Assembly: GCA_964541255.1 (NCBI GenBank)
Contig: CAZIPL010000005.1
Span: 1 to 58,798 of the forward strand
DNA: 58,798 nucleotides
Source of the DNA: an uncultured Clostridia bacterium
Lineage (GTDB): Bacteria > Bacillota > Clostridia > Christensenellales > CAMQZB01
Reading direction: 5' to 3'
Shown here in pieces: positions 18,001 through 27,611 of this stretch. Below the pieces are notes generated by a model that did not search any database, was not told the origin of the DNA, and saw nothing but the letters and a program-made list of their open reading frames with translations. Position numbers and translations under genes: made by a program. Positions within the stretch are counted from its first letter, which is position 1. Every line of letters starts with the position of its first letter.

Positions 18001-19956
18001 TCACTCCTCCTTTATCGTTATGATATATACCTTTCCGCTTTCTGCCGAAAGTGATATTTTGCCTGACAATTTTTTTCGTTCGACTCTTTCTTCGACTTCG
18101 ATTTTAGGTTCTCCGTAAAAGTCGAGATCGTTTCTTAGATCGCCCTCGCCGCCGATTGAGATAAGCTCGTATTCCTTTGCGTTAAGCGGCGTTTCGATTT
18201 CTATAAGTTCGTTTTTCTTCGACGCGTTGACAAGTTTCAAATAATATTCGTTTCCTCTTCTTGTCACGGAGAAATATACTTTTTTAGGAAGCTTTCCGAA
18301 GCTTTCGATATATTCGTTGCCCGTGTGCGTTCCGAAAAGTTTTTGAATCTTATAGTTTGCATTCTCTATATACGTCTTCGGATTGAAATCGATGAGGTTA
18401 TGCATCCACTGCAACGACGTTACGAGATTGAATAGCGGCGCATATGACGTCATTTCGACAACGTCTCCGTTTTTCTCGACGCCGAGCAAGAATACGCTTT
18501 CGGCAAGCGCCGTATTCCATTTGTTATAATCCTTTATCGTCGCGTTCTTCTTCAAAACGACGTTAGCTGCATACTCGCCGAAATATATCTTATTGTCGCC
18601 AAGCTGCTTCTTTGCCTTGTCGAAGTAATTATATCCATTAAAGAACCAGCCGGGGTTTCTGTATTTATGCTCGTCAACCAAAACTCCGCTATAGTTTTTC
18701 GCGACGTACTTTCTCATATCGGCGACCTTAAACTCAAGAAGTCCGAGCCCAGAGCAATGAACGCATTCGATGTTTTTATCTTTCTTCTCAATCGCTTCTT
18801 TGATTATTTTGAAACGATTACGATAATCGTCGCCGTAGTTTTCGTTGCCGACGCCTATCATTTTTAAGCCGAAAGGCTTTTCGTGCCCCATTTCGCAACG
18901 AAGATCCGCCCAATAGGACGTTCCCTTTTCGCCGTTTGCAAAATCGATAAGGTCAAGATAATTCGCAACGATATATTCGTCGAACTCTTTCGTTCCTACG
19001 GGAATATTTGGACATTCCTTTTCCTTTCTTTGCCAAGACCTAACTTGGCAATTAAGCCCCGCCGTAAGAATCGGAAGAGGAGCCGCGCCTATTTCTTCAC
19101 ACAAGCAGAAATACTCATAAAAGCCTATCTGGAAGCTTTGACTGTATCCGCCGTCAGAAAGCTTCTCGCTCCAAAGATTATAATTAGGAATTCTGTCTTC
19201 AAGTCTTCCGACCGTGTCTTTCCAATTATATTCGTTTTTAGGGATCGTTCCCTCGACAATACATCCGCCCGGGAAACGCATAAACGCGGGATGAAGCGCT
19301 CTTAACGACTCGACAAGGTCACGCCTAAACTTGCCGCCGCTCCACTTTTTATCGCCTTTCCCTAGATAATCTCCCAAGAGCGAAACAAGATCGAAGCAAA
19401 CCGTTCCACTTCCTTCGAAACGAACGGAAAGCTTGCCGTAACCGCTCTTTTTGCCTAAAAGTTCCTTTTCGGTTTTATTCCAGCTATCCGTCAAAGAAAG
19501 CTCGACTTCGTCGGTCAGAAGTTCGTTTTCGTCAGACAAAACCGAAACGTAAACCTTTCCGTCAAAGCCCTCGCTTTTTATGTATGCGGAAAATTCATAC
19601 TCATTCCCCGCGACTATATTCATGGCACATTTTTTCGCGTTTTCCTTGTTGCCGTTATATCCGAGGTTTTCCAGAACGCCCTTTCCGTCAACGGAAATTT
19701 TAGCATAACCCGTTTTCTCCGAAATGCCGTTTTATCTTGCCGACGAAAGCTCGATTCCCTCTTTTATCCAATATCTCAGCGGATCGCTAAAGTGCGACAA
19801 GTCGGTATTCATATAAACCCCGTCGAACGAATAGTTGTTCACCATATTAGCATTAAGACCGCCGTCTACGGCGAAGTTTATGTCCTCCAAGAAAACACCG
19901 TAAAGCCTGTCGGAAATCTTTTTTGCATTGTTTCCAAGCTTAACCGCACGCACCAT
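18001..19956 (-). pseudogene. GH51 alpha-L-arabinofuranosidase interrupted by one in-frame TAA at 19734-19732
   Basis: ORF 19956-19732 (YGVFLEDINFAVDGGLNAN) and ORF 19623-18001 (FMRFPGGC, GVGNEN, FGEYA, SYAPLF) are in the same frame, joined by 36 open codons after the TAA; joined length about 651 aa. Confidence 0.85.
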
Positions 19957-20043
19957 ATTTTCCCCTCCTATTCATAAAAGAATCATTATAATCATTATAT
20001 AATATTTTTTTTGCCGTGTATATAGAAATCTATACGAAAAGTA

Positions 20044-20072
20044 TTGATTTTGTACGCATTTGCGGTTATAAT
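20044..20072 (+). promoter_or_regulatory. SigmaA-type promoter placing +1 at or next to the araC-like ATG
   Basis: TTGATT-N17-TATAAT, then 6 nt, then ATG at 20079; no Shine-Dalgarno. Confidence 0.7.
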
Positions 20073-20078
20073 CGATAT

Positions 20079-20930
20079 ATGAAATCAATTTTTGACCTCG
20101 ACAAATTAGACGAGCTTTTGAAAGATTACTATACCGTGACGGAAATAAGAATCACAGTCTTTGACGAAGACTTCAACGAGATTACGGCATATCCCAAAAG
20201 GCGTCCCGCTCTTTGCGAAAAAGCACGAAGCCTAAGCGAAATCAACGCAAAATGCCGCGAGTGCGACAAATATGCTTGCAAAATCGCCGCCAAAGGACAA
20301 ACGCCGTATATTTATAAGTGCCACTTGGGTCTTACGGAAATTATTTTGCCCCTTATCGTCAACAAGGAGGTTTTCGGGTATTTGTTTTTCGGCAACATTT
20401 TTTCTTTCGAAAATCTCGACGAGGGCGTTAAAGAGATTTATAAGAACATTTCAAAATACGGCTTTGCGGAAAAAGAGGTGTTTTCTCTTTGCGAAAAACT
20501 GCCCGTCAAATCAAACCAGTACATAAACGCCTCCGCAAACCTTTTGTCTGCGGTCGCGGCATATTTGTGTCTGCAAAAAATCGCCATGACGGCAAAAAGC
20601 GACTTAGGCGAAGCGATAACGGATTATATCAAATGCAACTTTTTGAGTAATATTTCTGCAGACGTTTTATGCGAAAGCTTCGGGATAGGAAGAACAAAGC
20701 TATATTCCATAATAAAAGAACGCACGGACTGCGGACTTGCAGAATACGTCAAACGGCTTAGGCTTTCAAAAGCGAAAGAGCTTTTGGAGCAAAACCCCGA
20801 TATGAAAATAAGCGAGGTTGCCGAAAAGTGCGGATTTATGGATTATAACTACTTCATAGCAAACTTTAGGTCAGCTTACGGCAGTTCACCGAAAAAATAT
20901 TCAAAGCTTTCATCGGATAAAAACAAATAG
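20079..20930 (+). CDS. AraC-family transcriptional regulator with PocR-like ligand domain, divergent from the ara operon
   Basis: PYIYKCHLGLTEIILP (PocR-like); C-terminal ISEVAEKCGFMDYNYF...YGSSPKKY helix-turn-helix. Confidence 0.9.
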   Translation: MKSIFDLDKLDELLKDYYTVTEIRITVFDEDFNEITAYPKRRPALCEKARSLSEINAKCRECDKYACKIAAKGQTPYIYKCHLGLTEIILPLIVNKEVFGYLFFGNIFSFENLDEGVKEIYKNISKYGFAEKEVFSLCEKLPVKSNQYINASANLLSAVAAYLCLQKIAMTAKSDLGEAITDYIKCNFLSNISADVLCESFGIGRTKLYSIIKERTDCGLAEYVKRLRLSKAKELLEQNPDMKISEVAEKCGFMDYNYFIANFRSAYGSSPKKYSKLSSDKNK

Positions 20931-21031
20931 ATTTAAGCTATCGGTCAAGTATAATCTTCTAAAAAAAGTATTATTCGAAACAAAACAAAAAGGCTCTTTG
21001 CAAATTTGCAAAGAGTCTTTGTTCTTTATTC

Positions 21032-22546
21032 TTACAAAATATTGAGGTTCTTTTTGAATGCGCGTTTGAACTCGGGAAGCGCGTTCATTGCGTCTTTAAG
21101 CTCCATAGTCGCATCGCCCTCTACTTCCGGTTTCATAATAACGGAATCGCCCAAAACGTCGCAGTTAATGGACTTAACGAGTCCTCTTGCAGACTTATCG
21201 AGGCTTTCTGCCAAGCGAATGATTACGCCAAGCTTCTTGACGGCATCGAGGTCTTCGTCGGAAACGAGCTCTTTATAGCGAACCCAGTTTTGCATTTGAA
21301 CGTTTTCTTTGTGGTGGCAACCCGCGACGAACGCAGCCATAACGAGATCTCTGTGGTTTATGCCGTAAAGATTGGAGTTCAAAATAACATACGTCGAATG
21401 CTTCTGGTGGTCATAGAACTTAACTCTCATTCCGCTGTCGTGAAGAGCAGCCGCTACGCGCAAGATCTTTATGTAACTTCTCGGGAACTTATGAAGAACT
21501 CTGAGCTGCTTGAAAAGCTGCAACGAAAGGTTGATTACGTGCTCCGTATGGTTATAATCGAGCTGGTAGCCCTGAATGTACGTCATGAGAGAATGTCCCA
21601 AAACGTCCGAAATAGGCTTTTCGAGAGTCTGCGGGCAAACGTTATTGAAGAATATTCCCTCTCTAAGTCCTGCCGACGAAATAACGAACTCCTCGTTGTC
21701 GATATAATCGGAGAACGCTTTCATCGCCGCAAAAGCCGACGGGAGAATATCCGCTCTTCCGCTGCTCATACCCTTGATATTCATCTTTCTGTCAAGGTCG
21801 AGTCCGCGGATAAGCTCGTATATCGTTATGAAGTCGTGCTTCTGGATATGGTAATTATGAACCATATCAAGGGGATATCTTCTTACTTTCTGCGACATCT
21901 TCGCAAGGTTTCTGAACGAACCACCTACGCCTATAAGCTGAGTGTCGGGGTCGATGTTCTTGAGCCACGGAATATTTGCGAGCTGCTCCGTGAAGAATTC
22001 CTCTACCTTTTGAGTCTGCTCCTTGGGAGAAAGCCCGTCGATAGCAAACTTCTCGGTGAGCGATACGCTTCCGAACGGCAACGTTTCGTATGCAAGAATG
22101 TTTCTTCTGTTATAATATACTATTTTCGTGGAGCCGCCGCCGATTTCGAGAATAATTCCCTTAGGAATCTCCATCGAGTTGATTACTCCTTGATATACGT
22201 AAGCCGCCTCTTCCTGTGCCGAAAGGACGCGGAACATAAGCCCCGTAGACGAATACACTTCGTCTAAGAAACTCTTTTGATTTTTCGCACGACGAACAGC
22301 CGCCGTTGCTACGGCGACGATTTTATTTACACCTTCGGCATCGCAAAGCTGCTTGAACATTTTAAGCGTTCTTATCGTATGCTGAATTCTCTGCGGCTTC
22401 AAAAAGCCGTCTCTTTCCATGTCTTGACCTAATCTTACCGCCTCTTTCCATTCGTCGGAAATAAAGAAATATCCGCCCTCCAAGACGTTAGCTATAACTA
22501 GCCTTGCGGAATTCGATCCTAAGTCGATTACTGCGATTTTTTCCAA
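21032..22546 (-). CDS. ppx: Ppx/GppA exopolyphosphatase with HD domain
   Basis: IDLGSNS, ATAAVRRA, EIGGGST, GVGGSFRN, GLREG, AAALHDSG. Confidence 0.92.
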   Translation of the reverse strand: MEKIAVIDLGSNSARLVIANVLEGGYFFISDEWKEAVRLGQDMERDGFLKPQRIQHTIRTLKMFKQLCDAEGVNKIVAVATAAVRRAKNQKSFLDEVYSSTGLMFRVLSAQEEAAYVYQGVINSMEIPKGIILEIGGGSTKIVYYNRRNILAYETLPFGSVSLTEKFAIDGLSPKEQTQKVEEFFTEQLANIPWLKNIDPDTQLIGVGGSFRNLAKMSQKVRRYPLDMVHNYHIQKHDFITIYELIRGLDLDRKMNIKGMSSGRADILPSAFAAMKAFSDYIDNEEFVISSAGLREGIFFNNVCPQTLEKPISDVLGHSLMTYIQGYQLDYNHTEHVINLSLQLFKQLRVLHKFPRSYIKILRVAAALHDSGMRVKFYDHQKHSTYVILNSNLYGINHRDLVMAAFVAGCHHKENVQMQNWVRYKELVSDEDLDAVKKLGVIIRLAESLDKSARGLVKSINCDVLGDSVIMKPEVEGDATMELKDAMNALPEFKRAFKKNLNIL

Positions 22547-22928
22547 AATTATCTATCCTCACTAAAAAAATTTATGTCTCTGAAAATTGATATTGTACCT
22601 TAGTCTACCATATTGTATCACACATTTTTCGGTTTGTATAGACCCAAAATGAAATTTTTTGTCCGTTTTCCCCTTTTTTTTGAAAAATTTTTCGCATTCC
22701 AACTTACCCTTACGACACTTTTTCGATAAAAAGTATCATTTTGTTTTCTTTTGTGAAAAATGTATCCACCGCGCATTAGAAAAGTGTTTTCACCGAAAAA
22801 CATAATCTATAATAGTTTTCATACACGTACTCTCTTTATATCCCAACGGCTTTCACGAATACGAAATATACATTCTTTAAGATCTTGCCTTTAATCTTGA
22901 ATCAAGCTTTTATTAAAAAATCCGCGAC

Positions 22929-23321
22929 TTAATTATCGCGGACGGAATCTTTACTCTTTTCGACTTTTCCTTTGACGACTTTTGTTATCTCGCAAACTAT
23001 TTGAAAAATACCGAGCAATATCAAGAATATCCCGAACGACGTCGAAAGAACGCTTTGCGAAAGCTTTGCCGAAAAAAGCGAAGACAAAATCGACGTAACG
23101 ACGGCGGGAATCACGACGTATAACACCAAGCGCCAATCTATCATTTTGTTTTTCGCGTGCATTACAACCGTTACGATTGCCATCGGAACGAAAGATATGA
23201 GATTTATCCCTTGCGCTTCATGCTGAAATACCGTCAACAAAATGGTCAGAATCGGAATGAGAAGCGTTCCGCCGCCCATACCCATTCCTCCGAGTATTCC
23301 GCCGACAAAGCCAGCCGCCAC
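22929..23321 (-). CDS. TauE/SafE (TSUP) family protein, half-size
   Basis: GGMGMGGGTLLIPIL, HEAQGINL; start uncertain (GTG). Confidence 0.85.
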   Translation of the reverse strand: MAAGFVGGILGGMGMGGGTLLIPILTILLTVFQHEAQGINLISFVPMAIVTVVMHAKNKMIDWRLVLYVVIPAVVTSILSSLFSAKLSQSVLSTSFGIFLILLGIFQIVCEITKVVKGKVEKSKDSVRDN

Positions 23322-23335
23322 AAAAAGCCAGAAAT

Positions 23336-23707
23336 CTACCCCAAAATCAACCTCACCCCCGCAAGAATCATAATCACCGCAAACACCGTCATAACCGCTC
23401 CGTTTTTCATTTTCGGAAGAACGTATGCGCCTATTATACCGCCCAAAAGAACGCCGATAGTTGACGGCACGAGCTTTTTATAGGATATATCGAAGCTCAA
23501 TAAATATATTATCGCAGAAGCTATCGTTACCGGCAAAATAATTGCTATCGCCGTAGCGTGCGCTTTTTTCGGTTCGAGCGAAGCAAAATATATCAAAAAC
23601 GGCACGACAATCATTCCGCCTCCGCCGCCGAACAAACCGTTCGCAAGCCCGGTAATCGCGCCGCCAATCATCAATATCCAAGGATTGCACTTTTTCCCTT
23701 TCTCCAT
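23336..23707 (-). CDS. TauE/SafE (TSUP) family protein, half-size
   Basis: NGLFGGGGGMIVVP, KKAHATAIAIILP. Confidence 0.85.
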   Translation of the reverse strand: MEKGKKCNPWILMIGGAITGLANGLFGGGGGMIVVPFLIYFASLEPKKAHATAIAIILPVTIASAIIYLLSFDISYKKLVPSTIGVLLGGIIGAYVLPKMKNGAVMTVFAVIMILAGVRLILG

Positions 23708-24054
23708 AAAATATATCTTGCGCTAAGTTGCCATAAAAAATACCGACGAGGTTTTATAAATATCGCAAAGTAAATGAATATACAAGTATTCTTTTAGCAA
23801 AACAACAAGCTATATCGACTCAATCGCAGACTTTAAACGTGTAGCGTATATGGAAGCCTCTCAACTACGCTTCGTTCGGCTTCCATATGTGCAATCATGT
23901 AAACCGATTGTGTATACCATGTCATTGCACAAGTTGTTAACAATCTTACTCTTGACATTGTACCTCACCCTACGAGTTTGAAATACTTCGGCGTATTCGT
24001 GCCTTGCAAATAAAACAAAAACTTCTTGTGTTATATCCGACAATCCACAAACAT

Positions 24055-24089
24055 AAAAAACGCGTAAAATTTCTTACGCGTTTTTCTTT
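24055..24089. terminator. Terminator of the ABC operon
   Basis: AAAAAACGCGTAA-AATTTC-TTACGCGTTTTT with A/T runs on both sides. Confidence 0.75.
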
Positions 24090-24150
24090 ATGAAGGTATA
24101 TGATAAAAGTAGTGTGTTACAAAAAAAATGAAAGTATTCTTTCTCTTTTA

Positions 24151-24945
24151 TTAACCGAGCATAACCTTGTCGGAATTGACAAGCTCTTTTGCCGTGTCGC
24201 TGAACTTATTGAGAAGATCCTTGACTGTAAGTTTGGCTTTTTCTTCGCCCGAAACGTCGTAAATAATCTTTCCGCCTTGCATAAGAATAAGTCTGTTGCC
24301 GTATGCGATTGCGTTCGCCATATTGTGCGTTATCATAAGCGTAGTAAGATTATTTTCCTTGACGAGCTTTTCCGTCAGCGACATAACTTTCAAAGACGTT
24401 TTCGGATCAAGCGCGGCGGTGTGTTCGTCTAATAGCAATACTTTCGGCTTTTGAAGCGTCGCCATGATAAGAGTCAACGCCTGTCTTTGTCCGCCCGACA
24501 AAAGTCCGACTTTCGACGTAAGTCTGTCTTCAAGCCCCAAATCGAAGCCTTCTAAAAGTTTTTTATATTCTTCTCTTTCCGCCTTCGTAATGCCCCAGCT
24601 AAGTCCGCGTTTTTTACCGCGACGCTTTGCCAAGGCGAGGTTTTCGTCTATCTGCATATTCGCCGCCGTTCCCATAATCGGATCTTGGAAAACTCTTCCC
24701 AAAAATCTTGCGCGTTTATGCTCGCTCATCGTCGTTACGTCAACATCGTCGAGTGTAATCTTTCCTTCGTCCGGAAGAAGCGAACCGCTTATGATGTTCA
24801 TCAATGTGGACTTACCCGCACCGTTACCGCCTATTACGCTTACGAAATCGCCGTCGTTGATTTTGAACTCCGAAATATCGAGAGCGACCTTTTCGTTCGA
24901 AGTGCCTTTATGGAAGGTCTTTTTTATTCCTTTAAGTTCAAGCAT
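24151..24945 (-). CDS. ABC transporter ATP-binding protein
   Basis: GGNGAGKST, LSGGQRQAL, LLLDEHTAALDP, ITHNM. Confidence 0.93.
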   Translation of the reverse strand: MLELKGIKKTFHKGTSNEKVALDISEFKINDGDFVSVIGGNGAGKSTLMNIISGSLLPDEGKITLDDVDVTTMSEHKRARFLGRVFQDPIMGTAANMQIDENLALAKRRGKKRGLSWGITKAEREEYKKLLEGFDLGLEDRLTSKVGLLSGGQRQALTLIMATLQKPKVLLLDEHTAALDPKTSLKVMSLTEKLVKENNLTTLMITHNMANAIAYGNRLILMQGGKIIYDVSGEEKAKLTVKDLLNKFSDTAKELVNSDKVMLG

Positions 24946-25828
24946 TTTTCTCTCCTTTCGGTTTCTCGTTCATTTTTTTCTTCCAATACGGAATTGCCAA
25001 GAATATCGCAACGACGATTGCCGACAGCATTTTTAGCAAGTCTGTATCGAAACCCAAAGCGATTATAACTTGATATACGATGTAATATAAAACTCCGCCG
25101 AGCGCCGCGCCGAAAAGTTTTACTGCGAAATTGTGGCTTATCATCTTGACGACCGTCGTTCCGATGATTATAGCTGCAAGTGCGATTACTATCGCGCCTC
25201 GTCCCATGTTTATGTCGGCAAAGCCTTGGTATTGCGCCAAAAGCGCGCCCGACAACGCCACCAATCCGTTAGAAAGCATAAGCGCGAAAATCTTGCAAAA
25301 ACTCGTATTTATGCCTTGCGCGCGCGCCATTTTTTCGTTTGCGCCCGTCGCTCTTATCGCAGAACCGAACTCCGTTCCGAAGAACCAATATAGCAATGCT
25401 ATTATAACCGCAACAAATCCGAGTAAAACAAGTATCGAGGGAACTATCTTAAGCTGTGTAACTATTAGCTTCAACGTTCTCGAGTTAAGCGCTCTATTTG
25501 CCTGTCCGAGTATCTTTAAGTTTACAGACCAAAGAGCAAGCTGAGTTAATATTCCTGCCAATATCGGCGGTATGCCCATTTTAGTATGAAACAGCCCCGT
25601 AACAAGTCCGCAAAGCATTCCCGCAACAAACGCCGCAAGCATTGCTATCCAAACGTTTACGCCGTTTATTAACAGCATTGCGGCGACCGATGCGCCCGTG
25701 CAAATAGAGCCGTCCACCGTAAGATCGGAAAAATCAAGCACACGGTAGCTTATATATAAGCCTATTGCCGTTATTCCCCATATTAGTCCTTGCGCAACCG
25801 CGCCCGGGATAGCGTTTAATATACCCAT
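24938..25828 (-). CDS. ABC transporter permease (BPD_transp_2 type)
   Basis: DFSDLTVDGS, GSAIRATGANEKMARAQG, GFADINMGRG. Confidence 0.9.
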   Translation of the reverse strand: MGILNAIPGAVAQGLIWGITAIGLYISYRVLDFSDLTVDGSICTGASVAAMLLINGVNVWIAMLAAFVAGMLCGLVTGLFHTKMGIPPILAGILTQLALWSVNLKILGQANRALNSRTLKLIVTQLKIVPSILVLLGFVAVIIALLYWFFGTEFGSAIRATGANEKMARAQGINTSFCKIFALMLSNGLVALSGALLAQYQGFADINMGRGAIVIALAAIIIGTTVVKMISHNFAVKLFGAALGGVLYYIVYQVIIALGFDTDLLKMLSAIVVAIFLAIPYWKKKMNEKPKGEKNA

Positions 25829-25846
25829 ATTTTTCTCCTTATCTTA

Positions 25847-26833
25847 TTATCCTTCTATTTCTTCATAATCGGACGGAACGGTTATTCCCAAAGCATCGCA
25901 ACGAGCTTTAACGAATTTCTTGACGGGAGCTTCGTCGTATTGAATAGGCATAGCCGATATATCGGATTTGCCCAAAAGTATTTCTGCCGCCATCTTGCCC
26001 GTCTTTACGCCGATGTTATAGTAGCTTATCGAAAGCGTTGCAAAACCGCAACCTTTGCAAATACCCTCTTCGCCGGCAAATACGGGGATGCCTTTAAGGG
26101 TGCAAATCTGATCTATTATTCCCGTATTAGACGCTACGGTATTGTCCGTCGGAACGAAAATAAGATCTACTTTATCCGAAAGCTCCGTTAGTACGGGAGA
26201 AATATCGTTAGAATCGCTGAAAGTGCTCACGATAACAGTTTTGCCTGCTTTTTTCAAAAGATCTTCAACAACATCTGACTGATATTTGGAGTTTGCCTCT
26301 GCAGAGCAATACAAAATTCCAACCGTTTTAGCGTCGGGGACTAACGAAAGCATCATATTGACCTGCTCTTCGAGGGGCGCAAGGTCGCTCGTTCCCGAAA
26401 GATTTCCACCGATTGTGCCGTCGAAATCATCCATTCCGAGAGCAACGCCGTATGCCGTTATCGATGTTCCGAGAACAGGGATGTCTTCTGTTGCATTATA
26501 TGCAGCCTGGAAAGCTGCGGTAGCGTTAGCCATAATTAGATCAACCTTTTGCGATTTAAAGCTGTTAACTATCGTAGAGCAAGTATTCGAATCTCCTGCG
26601 GCATTGCCCTCTTTGAATTCAACGGTCTTGCCCTCTTTGGCAAGCTCTTCGGTGAGAGCGTCTTTGAAGCCTTTTGTCGCCGCGTCGAGTGCGTCGTGAG
26701 TTACAAGCTGGCATATGCCTACAACGAAATGATCCTTATTCTTCGGCTCTTTAGAACACGCAGAAAGAGAAACAAGAAGCAATACCGATAAGGCGATCGC
26801 TACGATTTTAGTTAATTTTCCTGACTTTTTCAT
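25847..26833 (-). CDS. ABC substrate-binding lipoprotein, PF04392-type (probable aromatic amino acid)
   Basis: Lipobox LSAC; QLVTHDALD, ANAT, GTSD, SAEANS, VPTDNTVAS, SISYYNIG typical of this family. Confidence 0.88.
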   Translation of the reverse strand: MKKSGKLTKIVAIALSVLLLVSLSACSKEPKNKDHFVVGICQLVTHDALDAATKGFKDALTEELAKEGKTVEFKEGNAAGDSNTCSTIVNSFKSQKVDLIMANATAAFQAAYNATEDIPVLGTSITAYGVALGMDDFDGTIGGNLSGTSDLAPLEEQVNMMLSLVPDAKTVGILYCSAEANSKYQSDVVEDLLKKAGKTVIVSTFSDSNDISPVLTELSDKVDLIFVPTDNTVASNTGIIDQICTLKGIPVFAGEEGICKGCGFATLSISYYNIGVKTGKMAAEILLGKSDISAMPIQYDEAPVKKFVKARCDALGITVPSDYEEIEG

Positions 26834-26895
26834 ATATATTCTCCTAAAAAATTGTCCGTTTTTTTCGAAAGCAAATTAAGCTTTGACGAAATATC

Positions 26896-26931
26896 GAATA
26901 AAAATAAGGACTTACCTTACGATAAGTCCTT
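26896..26931 (-). terminator. Attenuator terminator of the ABC operon leader
   Basis: Minus strand AAGGACTTATC-GTAA-GGTAAGTCCTT-ATTTTTATT, about 60 nt before the first structural gene. Confidence 0.8.
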
Positions 26932-26974
26932 GTGTTCCGTTTTTATATAACGCAAAAATTATCGCAGCAATTAT

Positions 26975-27028
26975 TTACTCGATCTCCGTAAAGTAATAAT
27001 AGTAATAAAAGTAAAATACGTTTTTCAT
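26975..27028 (-). CDS. 17-aa Tyr/Phe-rich leader peptide MKNVFYFYYYYYFTEIE
   Basis: ATG AAA AAC GTA TTT TAC TTT TAT TAC TAT TAT TAC TTT ACG GAG ATC GAG TAA; preceded by AAGAGG; nine consecutive aromatic codons (6 Tyr, 3 Phe). Confidence 0.85.
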   Translation of the reverse strand: MKNVFYFYYYYYFTEIE

Positions 27029-27072
27029 TGCGTTTCCTCTTTTAGCGCACTTTAGCACGCTAACTTGTTACA

Positions 27073-27101
27073 ATAATACTCTTCTTAAGAAAGTTTGTCA
27101 A
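27073..27101 (-). promoter_or_regulatory. SigmaA promoter of the leader peptide/ABC operon
   Basis: TTGACA-N17-TATTAT. Confidence 0.85.
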
Positions 27102-27290
27102 CGATTTTTTCGACGTTTTTTCGATTATTTGAATTATTATGCTAAAAAATAAATTTTTATGCGAAAAGAAATTTCGACGAAAATAGACACGTACCGAGCT
27201 TTTCTCCCATTTTCCGATTGAATAATCGTGCTATCATTATCTTATCAAAAAGTCCGCGATAATATTTTTTGCGGCAAACAAGAGGTATTT

Positions 27291-27599
27291 ATGGAAATAA
27301 AGTATTCTTACTCCGATTCAACCCTCGTTTTATATTTCGTCGGGGAATTGGACGAGCATTCGGCAAAGCCCGCAAGAGAGCGGCTTGACGAGCTTATCGA
27401 CTCGCTGTATATCAAAAGCGCGATATACGAATTGTCGGGGCTTAACTTCACGGACTCGACAGGCATAGGTCTTATGCTGGGGCGATATAAAAAGCTCAAA
27501 AGCAAGGGTGCGGCGGTGTTTATCAAAAACCCCAAGCCCAACATCGAAAAGGTTCTCGTAACGTCGGGATTATATCAGGTCATGCCACGAATCGGCTGA
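27291..27599 (+). CDS. spoIIAA: Anti-sigma F factor antagonist (STAS domain)
   Basis: GELDEHSA, FTDSTGIGLMLGRYK; GAGG RBS; first gene of the spoIIA triad. Confidence 0.92.
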   Translation: MEIKYSYSDSTLVLYFVGELDEHSAKPARERLDELIDSLYIKSAIYELSGLNFTDSTGIGLMLGRYKKLKSKGAAVFIKNPKPNIEKVLVTSGLYQVMPRIG

Positions 27600-27611
27600 A
27601 AAGGAGAAAAG

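Noticed and set aside
19732-19734. Stop-codon reassignment explaining the GH51 TAA
   Set aside because: TAA terminates many intact genes in this window; a point mutation or error is simpler.
23861-24043. 60-aa minus-strand ORF in the structured spacer
   Set aside because: No RBS or recognisable motif.
27109-27179. Spo0A-box-like TTCGACG words upstream of spoIIAA
   Set aside because: One mismatch from consensus and TCGA-containing words are very frequent in this genome.
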